A DNA stretch of 62,437 nt, filler included, from Nitrospinota bacterium (GTDB lineage: Bacteria; JAUXIQ01): assembly GCA_030620925.1 (NCBI GenBank). It is 14 parts of 14 records of this genome, joined end to end, with 100 filler letters (N's around TTAATTAATTAA, not from the genome) between each part and the next. Parts side by side here need not be neighbours in the genome. Positions count along the whole stretch, not along the records: positions 7,484 to 11,071 come from JAUXIQ010000304.1; positions 11,172 to 21,888 come from JAUXIQ010000033.1; 12 more parts are not named here. One strand, written 5' to 3'. This document shows positions 8,680 to 18,723 of the stretch, piece after piece (within the stretch, counting starts at the first letter, position 1; each line of letters opens with the position of its first letter). The position numbers were made by a program, and so were the translations under genes. Below the pieces are notes generated by a model, which searched no databases, was not told where the DNA came from, and saw only the letters and a program-made list of their open reading frames with translations.

Positions 8680-9414
8680 TCAGTAGGCGTACAGGTTCCC
8701 ATAAGGTCGTGAACTTATGGGGATTAGCTTGGTAAATTTGGTGCCCATAACTTCTTTTAAATCCAGGTCGAAATCTTCGCAGAACTCCCCCAGGTGCTCC
8801 TGCAGAAGCTGTTGGTCCTGGTCGTCCAGATCGACCTCTCCCACTTCCGCTCCCAGTTGATGCTTCTCCACCCGGCCCCTCACGTAGATCACGCCGCCGT
8901 GCATACCCGTGCCCAGGTAGTCTCCGGCCAGCATCTCGCCGTCCCTGGCGTTCAGTCCCAGCAGCATCAGGATTCCGCCCGCCATATACTCCCCGAAGAA
9001 ATCCCCGGCCTTGCCTCCGGCTACTATTACGGGCACCTGCTTCTTATATGACTTCATGTGTATGCCCACACGATAGCCCACGTCGTCCCGGATGAACATC
9101 TTGCCCCCTCGCATCCCGTAGCCGAGCACGTCTCCCGCATGGCCGTGTATGACTATCTTCCCCTGGTTCATGGTGTTTCCCACCGCGTCCTGGGCGCTGT
9201 CGTTGACTATAACCGTAGGGCCGTTCATAAACACACCCAGATCATTTCCGGGGACGCCGTTTACGATAATGGTTACTTTCTCTTCGACGGCATCGGCGAT
9301 GTAGCGCTGGCCGTTCACGTTGTCCACCACGAGCTCTTTCTCACCGGAGGCGATGGCCTCCCGCAATATCCGGTTCAGCTCCCTGTAATAGATTCCCTTG
9401 GCGTCTATTCTCAT
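8680..9414 (-). CDS. Glutamate synthase GXGXG-domain subunit (split GltB domain 3)
   Basis: Repeated beta-helix motifs GNDLGVFMNG, GDVLGYGMRGG, GDFFGEYMAGG and GTGMHGG. Confidence 0.9.
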   Translation of the reverse strand: MRIDAKGIYYRELNRILREAIASGEKELVVDNVNGQRYIADAVEEKVTIIVNGVPGNDLGVFMNGPTVIVNDSAQDAVGNTMNQGKIVIHGHAGDVLGYGMRGGKMFIRDDVGYRVGIHMKSYKKQVPVIVAGGKAGDFFGEYMAGGILMLLGLNARDGEMLAGDYLGTGMHGGVIYVRGRVEKHQLGAEVGEVDLDDQDQQLLQEHLGEFCEDFDLDLKEVMGTKFTKLIPISSRPYGNLYAY

Positions 9415-9440
9415 TTCCCCGCCGTATGTTTAATACCCGC

Positions 9441-10949
9441 TCATCGGCCCGCGGGTTTTATACCCAGTATATCCAGGGTGAGAGAGTCGAGGCCAACGCC
9501 CCTCAATCTCTCCCTGTTCCCGCGAAGGCTCTCCACCGCGTTGATTCCCAACGCACCTAATATTTCCTTCAACTCCCTGCTCCAGGCGGTGATGAGGTTG
9601 TACAACCGTTCGGCGAATATCTCAGGGTCCAGGCGCCTGGTCAGCTCCGGTCTCTGGGTGGTGATCCCCCAGCTGCAATTCCCCGTGTAACATTTTCCGC
9701 ACACCCTGCAGCCCATGGCTATAAGAGCGGCGGTACCCAGGGACACCACATCGGCTCCCAGGGCAATGGCTTTGGCGGCATCGGCGCTGGAACGGATACC
9801 TCCGGCGGCGATGATGGAAGCCATGTGGCGAATGCCCTCCTGCCTCAGCCTGTCATCGACTGCGGCTACGGCGTGTTCTATGGGAATGCCCAGGTGATCC
9901 CTGATGATGGTGGGTGCCGCGCCCGTGCCTCCCCGCGCGCCGTCCAGGTATACCATATCCGCCCCCGCCCGCACTATACCGCTGGCGATGGCCGCCACGT
10001 TGTGCACGGCGGCTATCTTCACCGAGACGGGCTTGTAGTCCGTCGCTTCCTTGAGGGCGTAGATGAGCTGCCGCAGGTCTTCAATGGAGTAGATATCGTG
10101 GTGAGGCGCCGGCGACAGGGCATCGGTGCCCTGGGGTATCATCCTCGTCTTGGAGACTTCCATCCCCACCTTTTCGCCGGGGAGATGCCCCCCGATGCCC
10201 GGCTTGGCGCCCTGCCCTATCTTTATCTCCACCGCCACCCCGGCGTTGAGATACTCGGAATGGACGCCGAACCTTCCCGAAGCACACTGCACGATTATGT
10301 TATCCCGGTAGGGATAGAGGTCCTGGTGAAGGCCGCCCTCTCCTGTGTTCATCACGATGCCCAGCTCCTTGGCCGCCATGGCCAGGGATTTGTGTGCGTT
10401 GAGGCTCAAGGCTCCATAGGACATGGGTGCGAAAATGAAGGGCGTATCCAGCTTTACCTGCGGGGCAACGTCGGTCTTGAGCTTGAGGCCCCCGTCTCCA
10501 TCCTCTTCGAACTCCAGGCTGTCCGGCTTCCTGCCCAGATAAGTCCTGAGCTCCATGGGCTCCCGGAGGGGGTCTATGGAAGGGTTGGTCACCTGGCAGG
10601 CGTCTATCAGAATGTTATCCCATAGAATGGGATAAGGGGTGCTGGCTCCCATGCTGGTGAGCAAAACGCCCCCCGTCTCCGCCTGGAGGTAGATTTTTTT
10701 CCTGTGATCGTCCGACCAGGCAGGATGCTCCTTAAACGCAAGGGGGTTGCTCTTTATGCTGATGGCCTCTTCAGGGCAAAACAGGTAGCAGCGCTGACAG
10801 GCCACGCACTTTGTGTCGTCCGCAAGAACCCGGTCTCCCCCCCAGCTATATACATCCCATCCGCAATTTTGTATGCATCTCCTGCATTTGCGGCATTTTC
10901 CTTGGTCTATTTCGGCCAGAAACTCTGGCGGCACGAAGCTCTTAAACAC
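9441..10949 (-). CDS. Glutamate synthase FMN-binding subunit (split GltB domain 2) with N-terminal 2x[4Fe-4S]
   Basis: PMSYGALS, NTGEGG, QCASGRFGV, EIKIGQGAKPGIGGHLPGEKV and SPAPHHDIYSIEDL; C-terminal CRVCGKCYTGNC. Confidence 0.93.
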   Translation of the reverse strand: MFKSFVPPEFLAEIDQGKCRKCRRCIQNCGWDVYSWGGDRVLADDTKCVACQRCYLFCPEEAISIKSNPLAFKEHPAWSDDHRKKIYLQAETGGVLLTSMGASTPYPILWDNILIDACQVTNPSIDPLREPMELRTYLGRKPDSLEFEEDGDGGLKLKTDVAPQVKLDTPFIFAPMSYGALSLNAHKSLAMAAKELGIVMNTGEGGLHQDLYPYRDNIIVQCASGRFGVHSEYLNAGVAVEIKIGQGAKPGIGGHLPGEKVGMEVSKTRMIPQGTDALSPAPHHDIYSIEDLRQLIYALKEATDYKPVSVKIAAVHNVAAIASGIVRAGADMVYLDGARGGTGAAPTIIRDHLGIPIEHAVAAVDDRLRQEGIRHMASIIAAGGIRSSADAAKAIALGADVVSLGTAALIAMGCRVCGKCYTGNCSWGITTQRPELTRRLDPEIFAERLYNLITAWSRELKEILGALGINAVESLRGNRERLRGVGLDSLTLDILGIKPAGR

Positions 10950-11171
10950 TCTGTTTCTCCTTCCGGCGGGGTTCCTGAACCCCCCCTCGCATCTTCTCCC
11001 CGGATATCTATCAGCCCCGGGGATATGTGAACCTTAAAATTAAGGTTTATTCCACGTCCTCGTCCAGCTCANNNNNNNNNNNNNNNNNNNNNNNNNNNNN
11101 NNNNNNNNNNNNNNNTTAATTAATTAANNNNNNNNNNNNNNNNNNNNNNNNNNNNNNNNNNNNNNNNNNNN

Positions 11172-11468
11172 ATCGATATGCTGGAAGGCGATAGGGCCAG
11201 GCACCTGGCATCGCAAATGATGATGCAGCAGGTGGATCTGGATGATTGGCAGCGAACCACAGAAGAATGTCTCAAGCTGCTTGAAGAAAGAGCGGCCGAG
11301 CCGGGTGTATCCACGGTGGAAATGCTGAATAAAACCGCTCTCAAACTCAAAGAAGCGGAAAGCAGGGGAGAGGAGATAGGTCCCCTGCTCAGGAAGCTTC
11401 AGGAATTACGCTCCAGGCTGAAAAGCGAAGGGAGCGAGCGGCAGCTCATCCGCATCGAACGCCGGTAG
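11172..11468 (+). CDS. dnaG: Probable C-terminus of DNA primase, 5' truncated
   Basis: Helical C-terminal fragment directly upstream of rpoD; call rests mainly on dnaG-rpoD synteny. Confidence 0.55.
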   Translation: MDMLEGDRARHLASQMMMQQVDLDDWQRTTEECLKLLEERAAEPGVSTVEMLNKTALKLKEAESRGEEIGPLLRKLQELRSRLKSEGSERQLIRIERR

Positions 11469-11549
11469 ACAGGCATTATAAATATATTCATAATTTAAAG
11501 TCGTTCCTTATTGCTGAACGTTTTCACTTGGCTGGAGGTTACGCGGGAT

Positions 11550-13277
11550 ATGGCCAAAACAGAAGGTATGGACAAGGTAAAGCAACTCATTGCCATTGGG
11601 AGGGAAAAAGGATACCTCACTTACGAGGAGATCAATGACGTGCTTCCTCCCGAAATCGTTTCTCCTGAAGAGATCGACGATATAATGATGACCTTCGGGG
11701 AAATGGATATCGACATCGTAGATTCAAGGCACAAAAAACAAAAGAGCGTCCCTCCCAAAAAGAAAGACGAGGACAACCTTGATATAGAGCGCAGTCTGGG
11801 GATCCAATCCGAGCTCTCCGGCAAAACGGATGACCCGGTCAGGATGTATCTCAGAGAAATGGGCAGCATCCCCCTGCTCACCAGGGGAGGTGAAGTAGTA
11901 ATAGCTAAGAAAATAGAAGAAGGTCAGCAGGAAATAAAGAAAGCTGCACTAAATACCTGCCTCGCTGTGAGAGAAGTGTTAAGCCTGGCCGATAAATTAA
12001 AACAGAACAAGAACGACCTTCGGGAACTCATCGATTTCAGCGATTACATGGAAAGCAGTAAGGATAAAAAGCGTAGCGAATTACGGAAGATCAACCGGCT
12101 GGTAGGGGAGCTCAAACGCGATAATACCAGGCTGCTCAAACTGAAGAAGGAAAATTCCGGGAACAGCACGGTAGAGGCCGATCAGAAAATAAGGGATAAA
12201 ATGGCCGAATGCCTGAACCAGTTAAACCTGAAGCCCTTCCTTATCGACAGAATAGCGACCAAGCTGGAGATTCTGAAAGAAAGGATGAACCAAAGCGTCA
12301 AGGAGATAGAAGGGGCTCTGAATCAAATAGGCATGTCGCAGGAAGAGCTGAGAAAGGTCCTGCGAAATAAGGATAATAAAAATGCGGATGTTCAAATACC
12401 CTCCCATCTCAGCAGAGAAAAACTCCTGGAAGTCGACCGCAGAATCCGCAACTCCAGGAGAAAGATGAAGCGCACAGAAACAGAAGCAGACCTCACCGAA
12501 GAGCAGTTGAAGGATATTCTCCAAGCCGTGGCAAAAGGGAAATCGAAGGAGAAGATGGCCAAGAAAGAGCTTGCCGAAGCCAACTTGAGGCTGGTGGTGA
12601 GCATAGCCAAGAAATATACCAACCGCGGCCTGCAGTTCCTGGACCTCATCCAGGAAGGCAACATAGGGCTGATGAAAGCAGTGGAGAAATTCGAGTATCA
12701 GAGAGGATATAAGTTCAGCACCTACGCCACCTGGTGGATCAGGCAGGCAATAACCAGGGCCATCGCCGACCAGGCACGAACCATTCGCATCCCGGTCCAT
12801 ATGATCGAGACAATCAACAAGCTCATCCGCACCTCACGGGTGCTGGTGCAAGAAATCGGCCGAGAACCTACCCCAGAAGAGATCGCCCTCAAGATGGATA
12901 TACCCGCGGAGCGGGTGAGAAACGTGCTCAAGATAGCCAAAGAACCGATTTCCCTGGAGACACCCATAGGCGAGGAAGAGGATAGCCACCTGGGCGACTT
13001 CATCGAAGACAAGAAAGTCATCGCTCCCGCGGAGGCGGTGGTAAAATCGGACCTCGAAGACAAGGTGCAGCTGGTCCTGGAGACCCTCACCGCCAGAGAG
13101 GAGAAAGTGCTCAGGAAGCGTTTCGGCATAGGGGTCGACTCAGAGCATACACTTGAGGAAGTGGGGCAGGATTTCGACGTCACCAGGGAGCGAATCAGGC
13201 AGATAGAGGCCAAATCGATCAGAAAACTCAGGCATCCCAGCAGAAGCAAAAAACTTAAAAGTTTCGTGGAATATTAA
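11550..13277 (+). CDS. rpoD: RNA polymerase primary sigma factor sigma70
   Basis: Region 1.1 ([14 protein letters not shown]), [52 protein letters not shown] and region 4 HTH; ATG 11550 follows GGAGG. Confidence 0.98.
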   Translation: MAKTEGMDKVKQLIAIGREKGYLTYEEINDVLPPEIVSPEEIDDIMMTFGEMDIDIVDSRHKKQKSVPPKKKDEDNLDIERSLGIQSELSGKTDDPVRMYLREMGSIPLLTRGGEVVIAKKIEEGQQEIKKAALNTCLAVREVLSLADKLKQNKNDLRELIDFSDYMESSKDKKRSELRKINRLVGELKRDNTRLLKLKKENSGNSTVEADQKIRDKMAECLNQLNLKPFLIDRIATKLEILKERMNQSVKEIEGALNQIGMSQEELRKVLRNKDNKNADVQIPSHLSREKLLEVDRRIRNSRRKMKRTETEADLTEEQLKDILQAVAKGKSKEKMAKKELAEANLRLVVSIAKKYTNRGLQFLDLIQEGNIGLMKAVEKFEYQRGYKFSTYATWWIRQAITRAIADQARTIRIPVHMIETINKLIRTSRVLVQEIGREPTPEEIALKMDIPAERVRNVLKIAKEPISLETPIGEEEDSHLGDFIEDKKVIAPAEAVVKSDLEDKVQLVLETLTAREEKVLRKRFGIGVDSEHTLEEVGQDFDVTRERIRQIEAKSIRKLRHPSRSKKLKSFVEY

Positions 13278-13357
13278 GGACCCGAAGAGGCAGGATAACT
13301 TTTTGCCTTGACACCGCTCACACCTTAATATATCTACAATGCCAGGGTATACTGTGT

Positions 13358-13433
13358 GGGCCCATAGCTCAGATGGAAGAGCCACCGGCTCATAACCGGT
13401 AGGTCCCTGGTTCGAGGCCAGGTGGGCCCACCA
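13358..13433 (+). tRNA. tRNA with CAU anticodon, most likely tRNA-Ile2 (lysidine) rather than Met
   Basis: 76-nt cloverleaf GGGCCCA...TGGGCCCACCA with ACCGG-CTCATAA-CCGGT; G1-C72 pair and no GGG/CCC initiator anticodon stem; position after rpoD is typical of Ile2. Confidence 0.9.
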
Positions 13434-13497
13434 TTAAATCATGGTGGTCGATAAGTGCATTGACATGATGCACTTTTCTTTTTTCGGAGACTTCCGT

Positions 13498-14202
13498 GTG
13501 AACATCGATGTTCAGCTCCTGATAAACCTGCAGTCCGTCGATCTGAAGATAGCCATGCTCAAGGGAGAAATCGACGCTGTCCCCGGTGAAATAGAAGAGC
13601 TCAGGCAAGAATTTCTCAAGGCACAAAAAGATCTGCAAGACCTCCTGGATGAGATGGACCAGGACGAACAAAAGAGAAAGTCTCTGGAACGCACCGTGGA
13701 AGACGAGAAAGAGGCGCTGGCTAAATCCAAACTTAAGATCCCAGAGGTTAAAACCAACAAAGAATATACCGCCCTCCTCTCCGAAATCGAGAATATGGAG
13801 AAGACCATATACGACACCGAAGATGAAATTCTCAACCTTATGGAGTTAATGGAAGAGAAGACGACATTAAAAAAAGAGAACGAAGGGGTGGTAAAGAGAG
13901 AAAATGAACATTTCAATAAACTGAAAGACCAGAAGGAAAAAGAGCTTGCAGAGTTTAACGGCGGGCTTGAAGTAGAAACCACCAAAAGGGAGCAGCTTGC
14001 CGACGGTATAAAGAGACCCCTCCTGGAACAATACGAAAGACTGAAACAGGCAAGGAACGGCATAGCCGTGATGAACGTGGTGGAAAGCGTCTGCCAGGGA
14101 TGCCACATGACCATCCCCCCCCAGGTTGTGGCGGAAATTATGACGGGAGAAGAAGTGATAAACTGCGAACACTGCAACAGGATACTTTTCATCACCCCCT
14201 GA
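13498..14202 (+). CDS. Coiled-coil protein with C4 zinc ribbon (DUF164/HP0958-like)
   Basis: LINLQSVD, VKTNKEYTALLSEIE and CQGCHMTIPPQ...CEHCNRIL; GTG start after GGAGA. Confidence 0.9.
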   Translation: MNIDVQLLINLQSVDLKIAMLKGEIDAVPGEIEELRQEFLKAQKDLQDLLDEMDQDEQKRKSLERTVEDEKEALAKSKLKIPEVKTNKEYTALLSEIENMEKTIYDTEDEILNLMELMEEKTTLKKENEGVVKRENEHFNKLKDQKEKELAEFNGGLEVETTKREQLADGIKRPLLEQYERLKQARNGIAVMNVVESVCQGCHMTIPPQVVAEIMTGEEVINCEHCNRILFITP

Positions 14203-14284
14203 ACTTCCACCTCCACCCCGCCCCTAAAAAGATAGTGTGAACGGATACCGGGGAGTATATATTCTATAGTAAGGAGAAACCAGA

Positions 14285-14866
14285 CTGTCACCCAAGAAAC
14301 CCGAGAAGAAACCTGTAAGACGAGAACAGTATGCCAATATTCTCAAAGCTCTTGCTAAGAGCAGCGTCATCAACAAAATCGCTAAAACCGAACTTCAGGC
14401 TGACCCCAAGGAGGTGAAAAAGGCTCTTCTAGAAGGGGCGAAGGCCCTGCATCCAAAGTTAAAGAAGCTGAGGGCTTTTATAGATGGTGGCTCCAGGGGA
14501 AACCCTGGCAAAGCAGGTGCGGGGGTGGTGATATATGACGAAAAAGGAGAGGTGCTGGAGGAAAAATCAGTATACCTGGGTGAGACCACGAACAACGTCG
14601 CCGAATACAGAGCTTTACTCATTGCACTTCAAATGGCAGAAAAAAGAGGAGCGGAAGAGCTCGAGGTCTTCGCGGACTCGGAGCTCGTCGTCAAACAGAT
14701 AAGCGGGAAGTACAAGGTTAAAAATCCGGCCCTGATAGTACTTTACAAGGAAGCCAGGGAGCGGATAATCAACCTTAAACGCTTTCAGATCACTCACATT
14801 CCCCGAAAGGAGAACAGTATTGCCGACAGGCTGGCCAACATGGCCATAGACATGGTGTCGGAGTAG
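14285..14866 (+). CDS. rnhA: Ribonuclease HI family protein (start probably CTG 14285; track start GTG 14414)
   Basis: FIDGGSRGNPGKAGAG, TNNVAEYRAL, DSELVVKQ and HIPRKENSIADRLAN. Confidence 0.9.
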   Translation: MSPKKPEKKPVRREQYANILKALAKSSVINKIAKTELQADPKEVKKALLEGAKALHPKLKKLRAFIDGGSRGNPGKAGAGVVIYDEKGEVLEEKSVYLGETTNNVAEYRALLIALQMAEKRGAEELEVFADSELVVKQISGKYKVKNPALIVLYKEARERIINLKRFQITHIPRKENSIADRLANMAIDMVSE

Positions 14867-15228
14867 GCTTGATGGCCGCCGGTACCCAGTAAGGGTGTCC
14901 GGAGGAAAGTCCGAGCTCCGCAGAGCAGGGTGCTGGATAACGTCCAGCGGGGGCGACCCCAGGGATAGTGCCACAGAGAACAGACCGCCGGCCCCTCAGG
15001 GGGCAGGTAAGGGTGAAACGGTGAGGTAAGAGCTCACCAGCGGTCCGGGTGACCGGGCCGGCTAGGTAAACCCCACCCGGAGCAAGACCAAATAGGAGGG
15101 CGTTCGAGGGTTGCTCGCCCGAGTCCTCGGGTAAGGTCGCTGGAGACGCCGTGCAAGCGGCGCCCCAGATAAATGGCCATCCCCCCGGAAAGCTCGGGGG
15201 AACAGAACTCGGCTTACAGCCTGCTCCG
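14859..15228 (+). ncRNA. rnpB: RNase P RNA, bacterial type A
   Basis: GAGGAAAGTCCGAGCTCC, AGTGCCACAGA, GGGTGAAACGG, GGTAAACCCCACCCGGAGCAAG and ACAGAACTCGGCTTA; P1 helix CGGAGTAGGCT/AGCCTGCTCCG. Confidence 0.98.
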
Positions 15229-15387
15229 ATTCTTCTTTTTTGGAAGCAGCGCCTTCCGGGCACGAAGTTTAGACAGGCAAACACAGAAGTTTGGGTGGGA
15301 GCGTCCCCCGCGGAACGCGGGGTTTCAAAATGCCCCCGCACAATTTTTTTAAGATTCCCCCCGACGAGTCCAATCGCCGCGCTCGGT

Positions 15388-15945
15388 TCAGCGCGGTTTC
15401 TCTTCCTTTTTTCCCAGCCATTCAACCTCCTCCACCCCGTCCATCCAGTTAGCCATACGGGCCATGGCGTAGAGAAGATCAGAGAGCCTGTTCATGTATT
15501 TCTTCAGCTCCTCCCGCACCACATCCCGAGCGGCCAGCGCCACTACCTGGCGCTCCGCTCTGCGGCAGACCGTTCTGGCCAGATGAAGGAAGGCGGCCGC
15601 CTCTCCCCCGCCGGGGAGTATAAACCGCCTCAAGGGCTTGAGCTGATTCATAAACTCATCGATGTAAGCTTCCAGCTCTTCGATCCGCTGCTGGCTCACG
15701 GCGGGGATGACATCGCTTCCCTTGCCCGGAGAGGCCAGCTCCGCCCCCACTTTGAAGAGGTCCCGCTGGATGCCATCGATTACCTCTGTGAGCCGGCCCC
15801 TGCTGCGAGTCCTGGCAACACCCAGCACGGCATTAAGCTCGTCCACGGCGCCGTAAGCCGCCACCCGACTGGAATCCTTGGCTACCCTGGTTCCGTCGAA
15901 AAGACTGGTCTCCCCCTTATCTCCTCCCTTGGTGTATATGGGCAT
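15388..15945 (-). CDS. ATP:cob(I)alamin adenosyltransferase, PduO type
   Basis: IYTKGGDKGETSL, AYGAVDELNA, FILPGG...HLARTVCRRAER and YMNRLSDLL. Confidence 0.94.
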   Translation of the reverse strand: MPIYTKGGDKGETSLFDGTRVAKDSSRVAAYGAVDELNAVLGVARTRSRGRLTEVIDGIQRDLFKVGAELASPGKGSDVIPAVSQQRIEELEAYIDEFMNQLKPLRRFILPGGGEAAAFLHLARTVCRRAERQVVALAARDVVREELKKYMNRLSDLLYAMARMANWMDGVEEVEWLGKKEEKPR

Positions 15946-16021
15946 GATCATCCTTTCAAAGTTTCCGGCTCCGGCAGCCTCCCCGCAAGACCCGGCTTCA
16001 ACCGTTGATGCGGGTTAAAGA

Positions 16022-16306
<285 letters not shown>

Positions 16307-16359
16307 CTATAGGCGTTCACATCATCAGATCGCCCTCTCCATCAACTCAAGGTTATCAT

Positions 16360-16851
16360 CTACTTACGGTTTTTGAGGAAAAGCTCTGTCTCCTTCCCTT
16401 CCCAGTCCTCCAAAAGCTTGTCTATTTCGAATACCCACTTCCGGGTGTCGTTAATGACCAGTTCATAGGTATCGCTGAGGACAATGGCCTCCACGGGGCA
16501 GGCCTCTTCGCACATGCCGCACAGGATACAGCGCCCCATGTCTATCTCGAAGGATACTGGGGTCCGCTCCCAGCTCAACTCCTCGGTCTCCTCCGCCTGG
16601 AGGGTTATGGCATGGGGCGGGCATACCGCCGCGCACAATCCGCAGGCGACGCATTTAGGGTGCCCCTCCTTATCCTTCACCAGCTTGGGAAACCCGCGGA
16701 AGCGGGGGCCGGGCTCCGGCTTCTCCTCCGGATACTGCATGGTAAACTTCGGCCACATGAACAGGTGCTTCAAGGTAATGGACAATCCCTTAACGATAGC
16801 CGGCAGATAAAGCTTCTCCCAGAAGCTCAACTCCTTGTACTGAATCTTCAT
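16360..16851 (-). CDS. nuoI: Complex I subunit NuoI
   Basis: TMQYPEEK...RFRG, CVACGLCAAVCP and FEIDMGRCILCGMCEEACP. Confidence 0.93.
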   Translation of the reverse strand: MKIQYKELSFWEKLYLPAIVKGLSITLKHLFMWPKFTMQYPEEKPEPGPRFRGFPKLVKDKEGHPKCVACGLCAAVCPPHAITLQAEETEELSWERTPVSFEIDMGRCILCGMCEEACPVEAIVLSDTYELVINDTRKWVFEIDKLLEDWEGKETELFLKNRK

Positions 16852-16879
16852 GCCTCTACATCCTCGTTTTCAAGACCGG

Positions 16880-18076
16880 CTATTTATCCACTTCGCCCAT
16901 CACCAGGTCCATGCTGCCGATGATGGCTATGGCGTCGGCCAACATTCCGCCCCTCACCATGTGCGGGAAAGCCTGGAGGTTGATCATGGAAGGAGAGCGT
17001 ATCCTCATCCGGTATGCCTTGGGCTCTCCATCGCTCACGATATAAAATCCCAGTTCCCCCTTGGGGTTCTCGATGGCCGAATAGACTTCTCCCACCGGCG
17101 GCTCGAAACCCTGGGACATGAGCTTGAACTGATGGATCAACTCCTCCATGGAGGTTAATACCTTACCCTTGGTGGGCAGAACGATTTTCGGCATATCAGC
17201 GTTTACAGGGCCGGCAGGTAATTGGTTCAGGGCCTGTTCCACCACGCGTGCGCTCTGCCGCATCTCCTCCATTCTGACCAGATACCTGTCCAGCGAATCT
17301 CCATTAGTGCCCACGGGAACGTCGAAATCGAAGCGGTCGTATACCAGGTAAGGGTTCGCTTTCCTCAAATCGTGCTCCACGCCGGAGGCCCGGAGGTTGG
17401 GGCCTGTCAAGCCATACTGAACGGCATCCTCCCCAGAAATCACCCCTACCCCTTTGCATCGGTCCACCCAGATCCTGTTTCTGGTGAGGAGCGCTTCCAT
17501 CTCGTCCACCGCCGATGGGAAGTCATTCAGAAAAGTCCTTACGTCTTCCCCGAACCCATCGTACAGGTCCATGACCACGCCCCCCACCCTCATGTAGCTG
17601 GTGGTGAGCCTGGTTCCCGTGAGTTTCTCGAAGATATCGTAAAGCTTCTCCCGCTCCCGAAACCCCCACAGGAAAACGGTGAACGCGCCCAGATCGAGGG
17701 CCATGATCCCCATGCCCAGCAGGTGTGCGGAGATTCTGGCCAGTTCGCAGCAGATTACCCGTATATATTTTGTCCGCTCCGGCACTTCGATGTCCAAGAG
17801 CTTTTCCACCGCCATCACGTAAGCGGTGTTGTTGGAGAGTGGAGCAAGGTAGTCCAGCCGGTCGGTATAGGGGATATACTGGTGAAAAGTTCTATCCTCA
17901 CCTATCTTCTCGTAGCCGCGGTGCAGGTAGCCGATGTGAGGGACGGCGTTCACCACCACCTCCCCGTCCAGCTCCAGCACCACCCTCAACACCCCGTGCG
18001 TCCCGGGGTGCTGGGGGCCCAAGTTCAGAAACATATGCTCAGTGCGCAGCGTCCGGGCCTGCTCCGTTTCCGCCAT
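16880..18076 (-). CDS. nuoD: Complex I subunit NuoD (not fused to NuoC)
   Basis: NLGPQHPGTHGVLR, IGYLHRGYEK, DRLDY, ENPKGELG and C-terminal DLVMGEVDK. Confidence 0.96.
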   Translation of the reverse strand: MAETEQARTLRTEHMFLNLGPQHPGTHGVLRVVLELDGEVVVNAVPHIGYLHRGYEKIGEDRTFHQYIPYTDRLDYLAPLSNNTAYVMAVEKLLDIEVPERTKYIRVICCELARISAHLLGMGIMALDLGAFTVFLWGFREREKLYDIFEKLTGTRLTTSYMRVGGVVMDLYDGFGEDVRTFLNDFPSAVDEMEALLTRNRIWVDRCKGVGVISGEDAVQYGLTGPNLRASGVEHDLRKANPYLVYDRFDFDVPVGTNGDSLDRYLVRMEEMRQSARVVEQALNQLPAGPVNADMPKIVLPTKGKVLTSMEELIHQFKLMSQGFEPPVGEVYSAIENPKGELGFYIVSDGEPKAYRMRIRSPSMINLQAFPHMVRGGMLADAIAIIGSMDLVMGEVDK

Positions 18077-18099
18077 CCCTTAGCACCTCCGCCTTCAGA

Positions 18100-18588
18100 T
18101 TAATCTTCACCCGACGGTTCGGCAACCGTCTCCCTGGATACCTGCTCCTGAATCTTCATAATAGCGTTCAGAAGGTTCTCCGGCCTGGGCGGGCATCCCA
18201 GTGCGTACTGATCCACGGGGATTATTCTGTGAAGCCCCTGCACCACGCTGTAGCTGTCGTACATGCCGCCCGTGGCCAGACAGGCCCCCATGGCGATAAC
18301 CCATTTCGGCTCCGGCATCTGATCGTATATCTTTCTCACCACGGGAGCCATCTTCCAGGTAAGCGTGCCCGCCACTATCATGAGGTCCGCCTGCCGGGGG
18401 GAATAACTGAGCCGCTCCGAGCCGAACCTGGCCAGATCATACCTGGAGCACAGGGTGGCCATCATCTCAATAGCGCAACATGAAATTCCCATGGGCATAG
18501 GCCAGAGTGAATTCTTCCTGCCCCAGTTGACCGCTTTGTCCAGCGTGGTCAGGAAGACAGTATCCTGTATCTGACTCTCCAGACCCAT
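18100..18588 (-). CDS. nuoB: Complex I subunit NuoB
   Basis: WGRKNSLWP, tandem [19 protein letters not shown] and GCPPRPE; ATG 18588 follows GGAGG. Confidence 0.96.
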   Translation of the reverse strand: MGLESQIQDTVFLTTLDKAVNWGRKNSLWPMPMGISCCAIEMMATLCSRYDLARFGSERLSYSPRQADLMIVAGTLTWKMAPVVRKIYDQMPEPKWVIAMGACLATGGMYDSYSVVQGLHRIIPVDQYALGCPPRPENLLNAIMKIQEQVSRETVAEPSGED

Positions 18589-18723
18589 TACAAACACCTC
18601 CCTCTAAGAAAAATCGCCTTTAAATATAACATGTATATAACATTCGCTACCACGATTAGCAAGGCCGGCGACCCGGCGCACAATCAGCCCCCCGATATTC
18701 TTCGAGCTCCGCTATAATGTCAA

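Noticed and set aside
14790-16008. Track ORFs 14790-15425 (-) and 15151-16008 (+)
   Set aside because: They are shadows over rnpB and the PduO gene. Most other overlapping or antisense ORFs in the track were dismissed the same way, as GC-rich shadow frames.
16880-18588. Group 4 [NiFe]-hydrogenase interpretation of nuoB/nuoD
   Set aside because: The large subunit lacks both Ni-binding CxxC motifs and ends GEVDK; the small subunit has the complex I tandem Cys.
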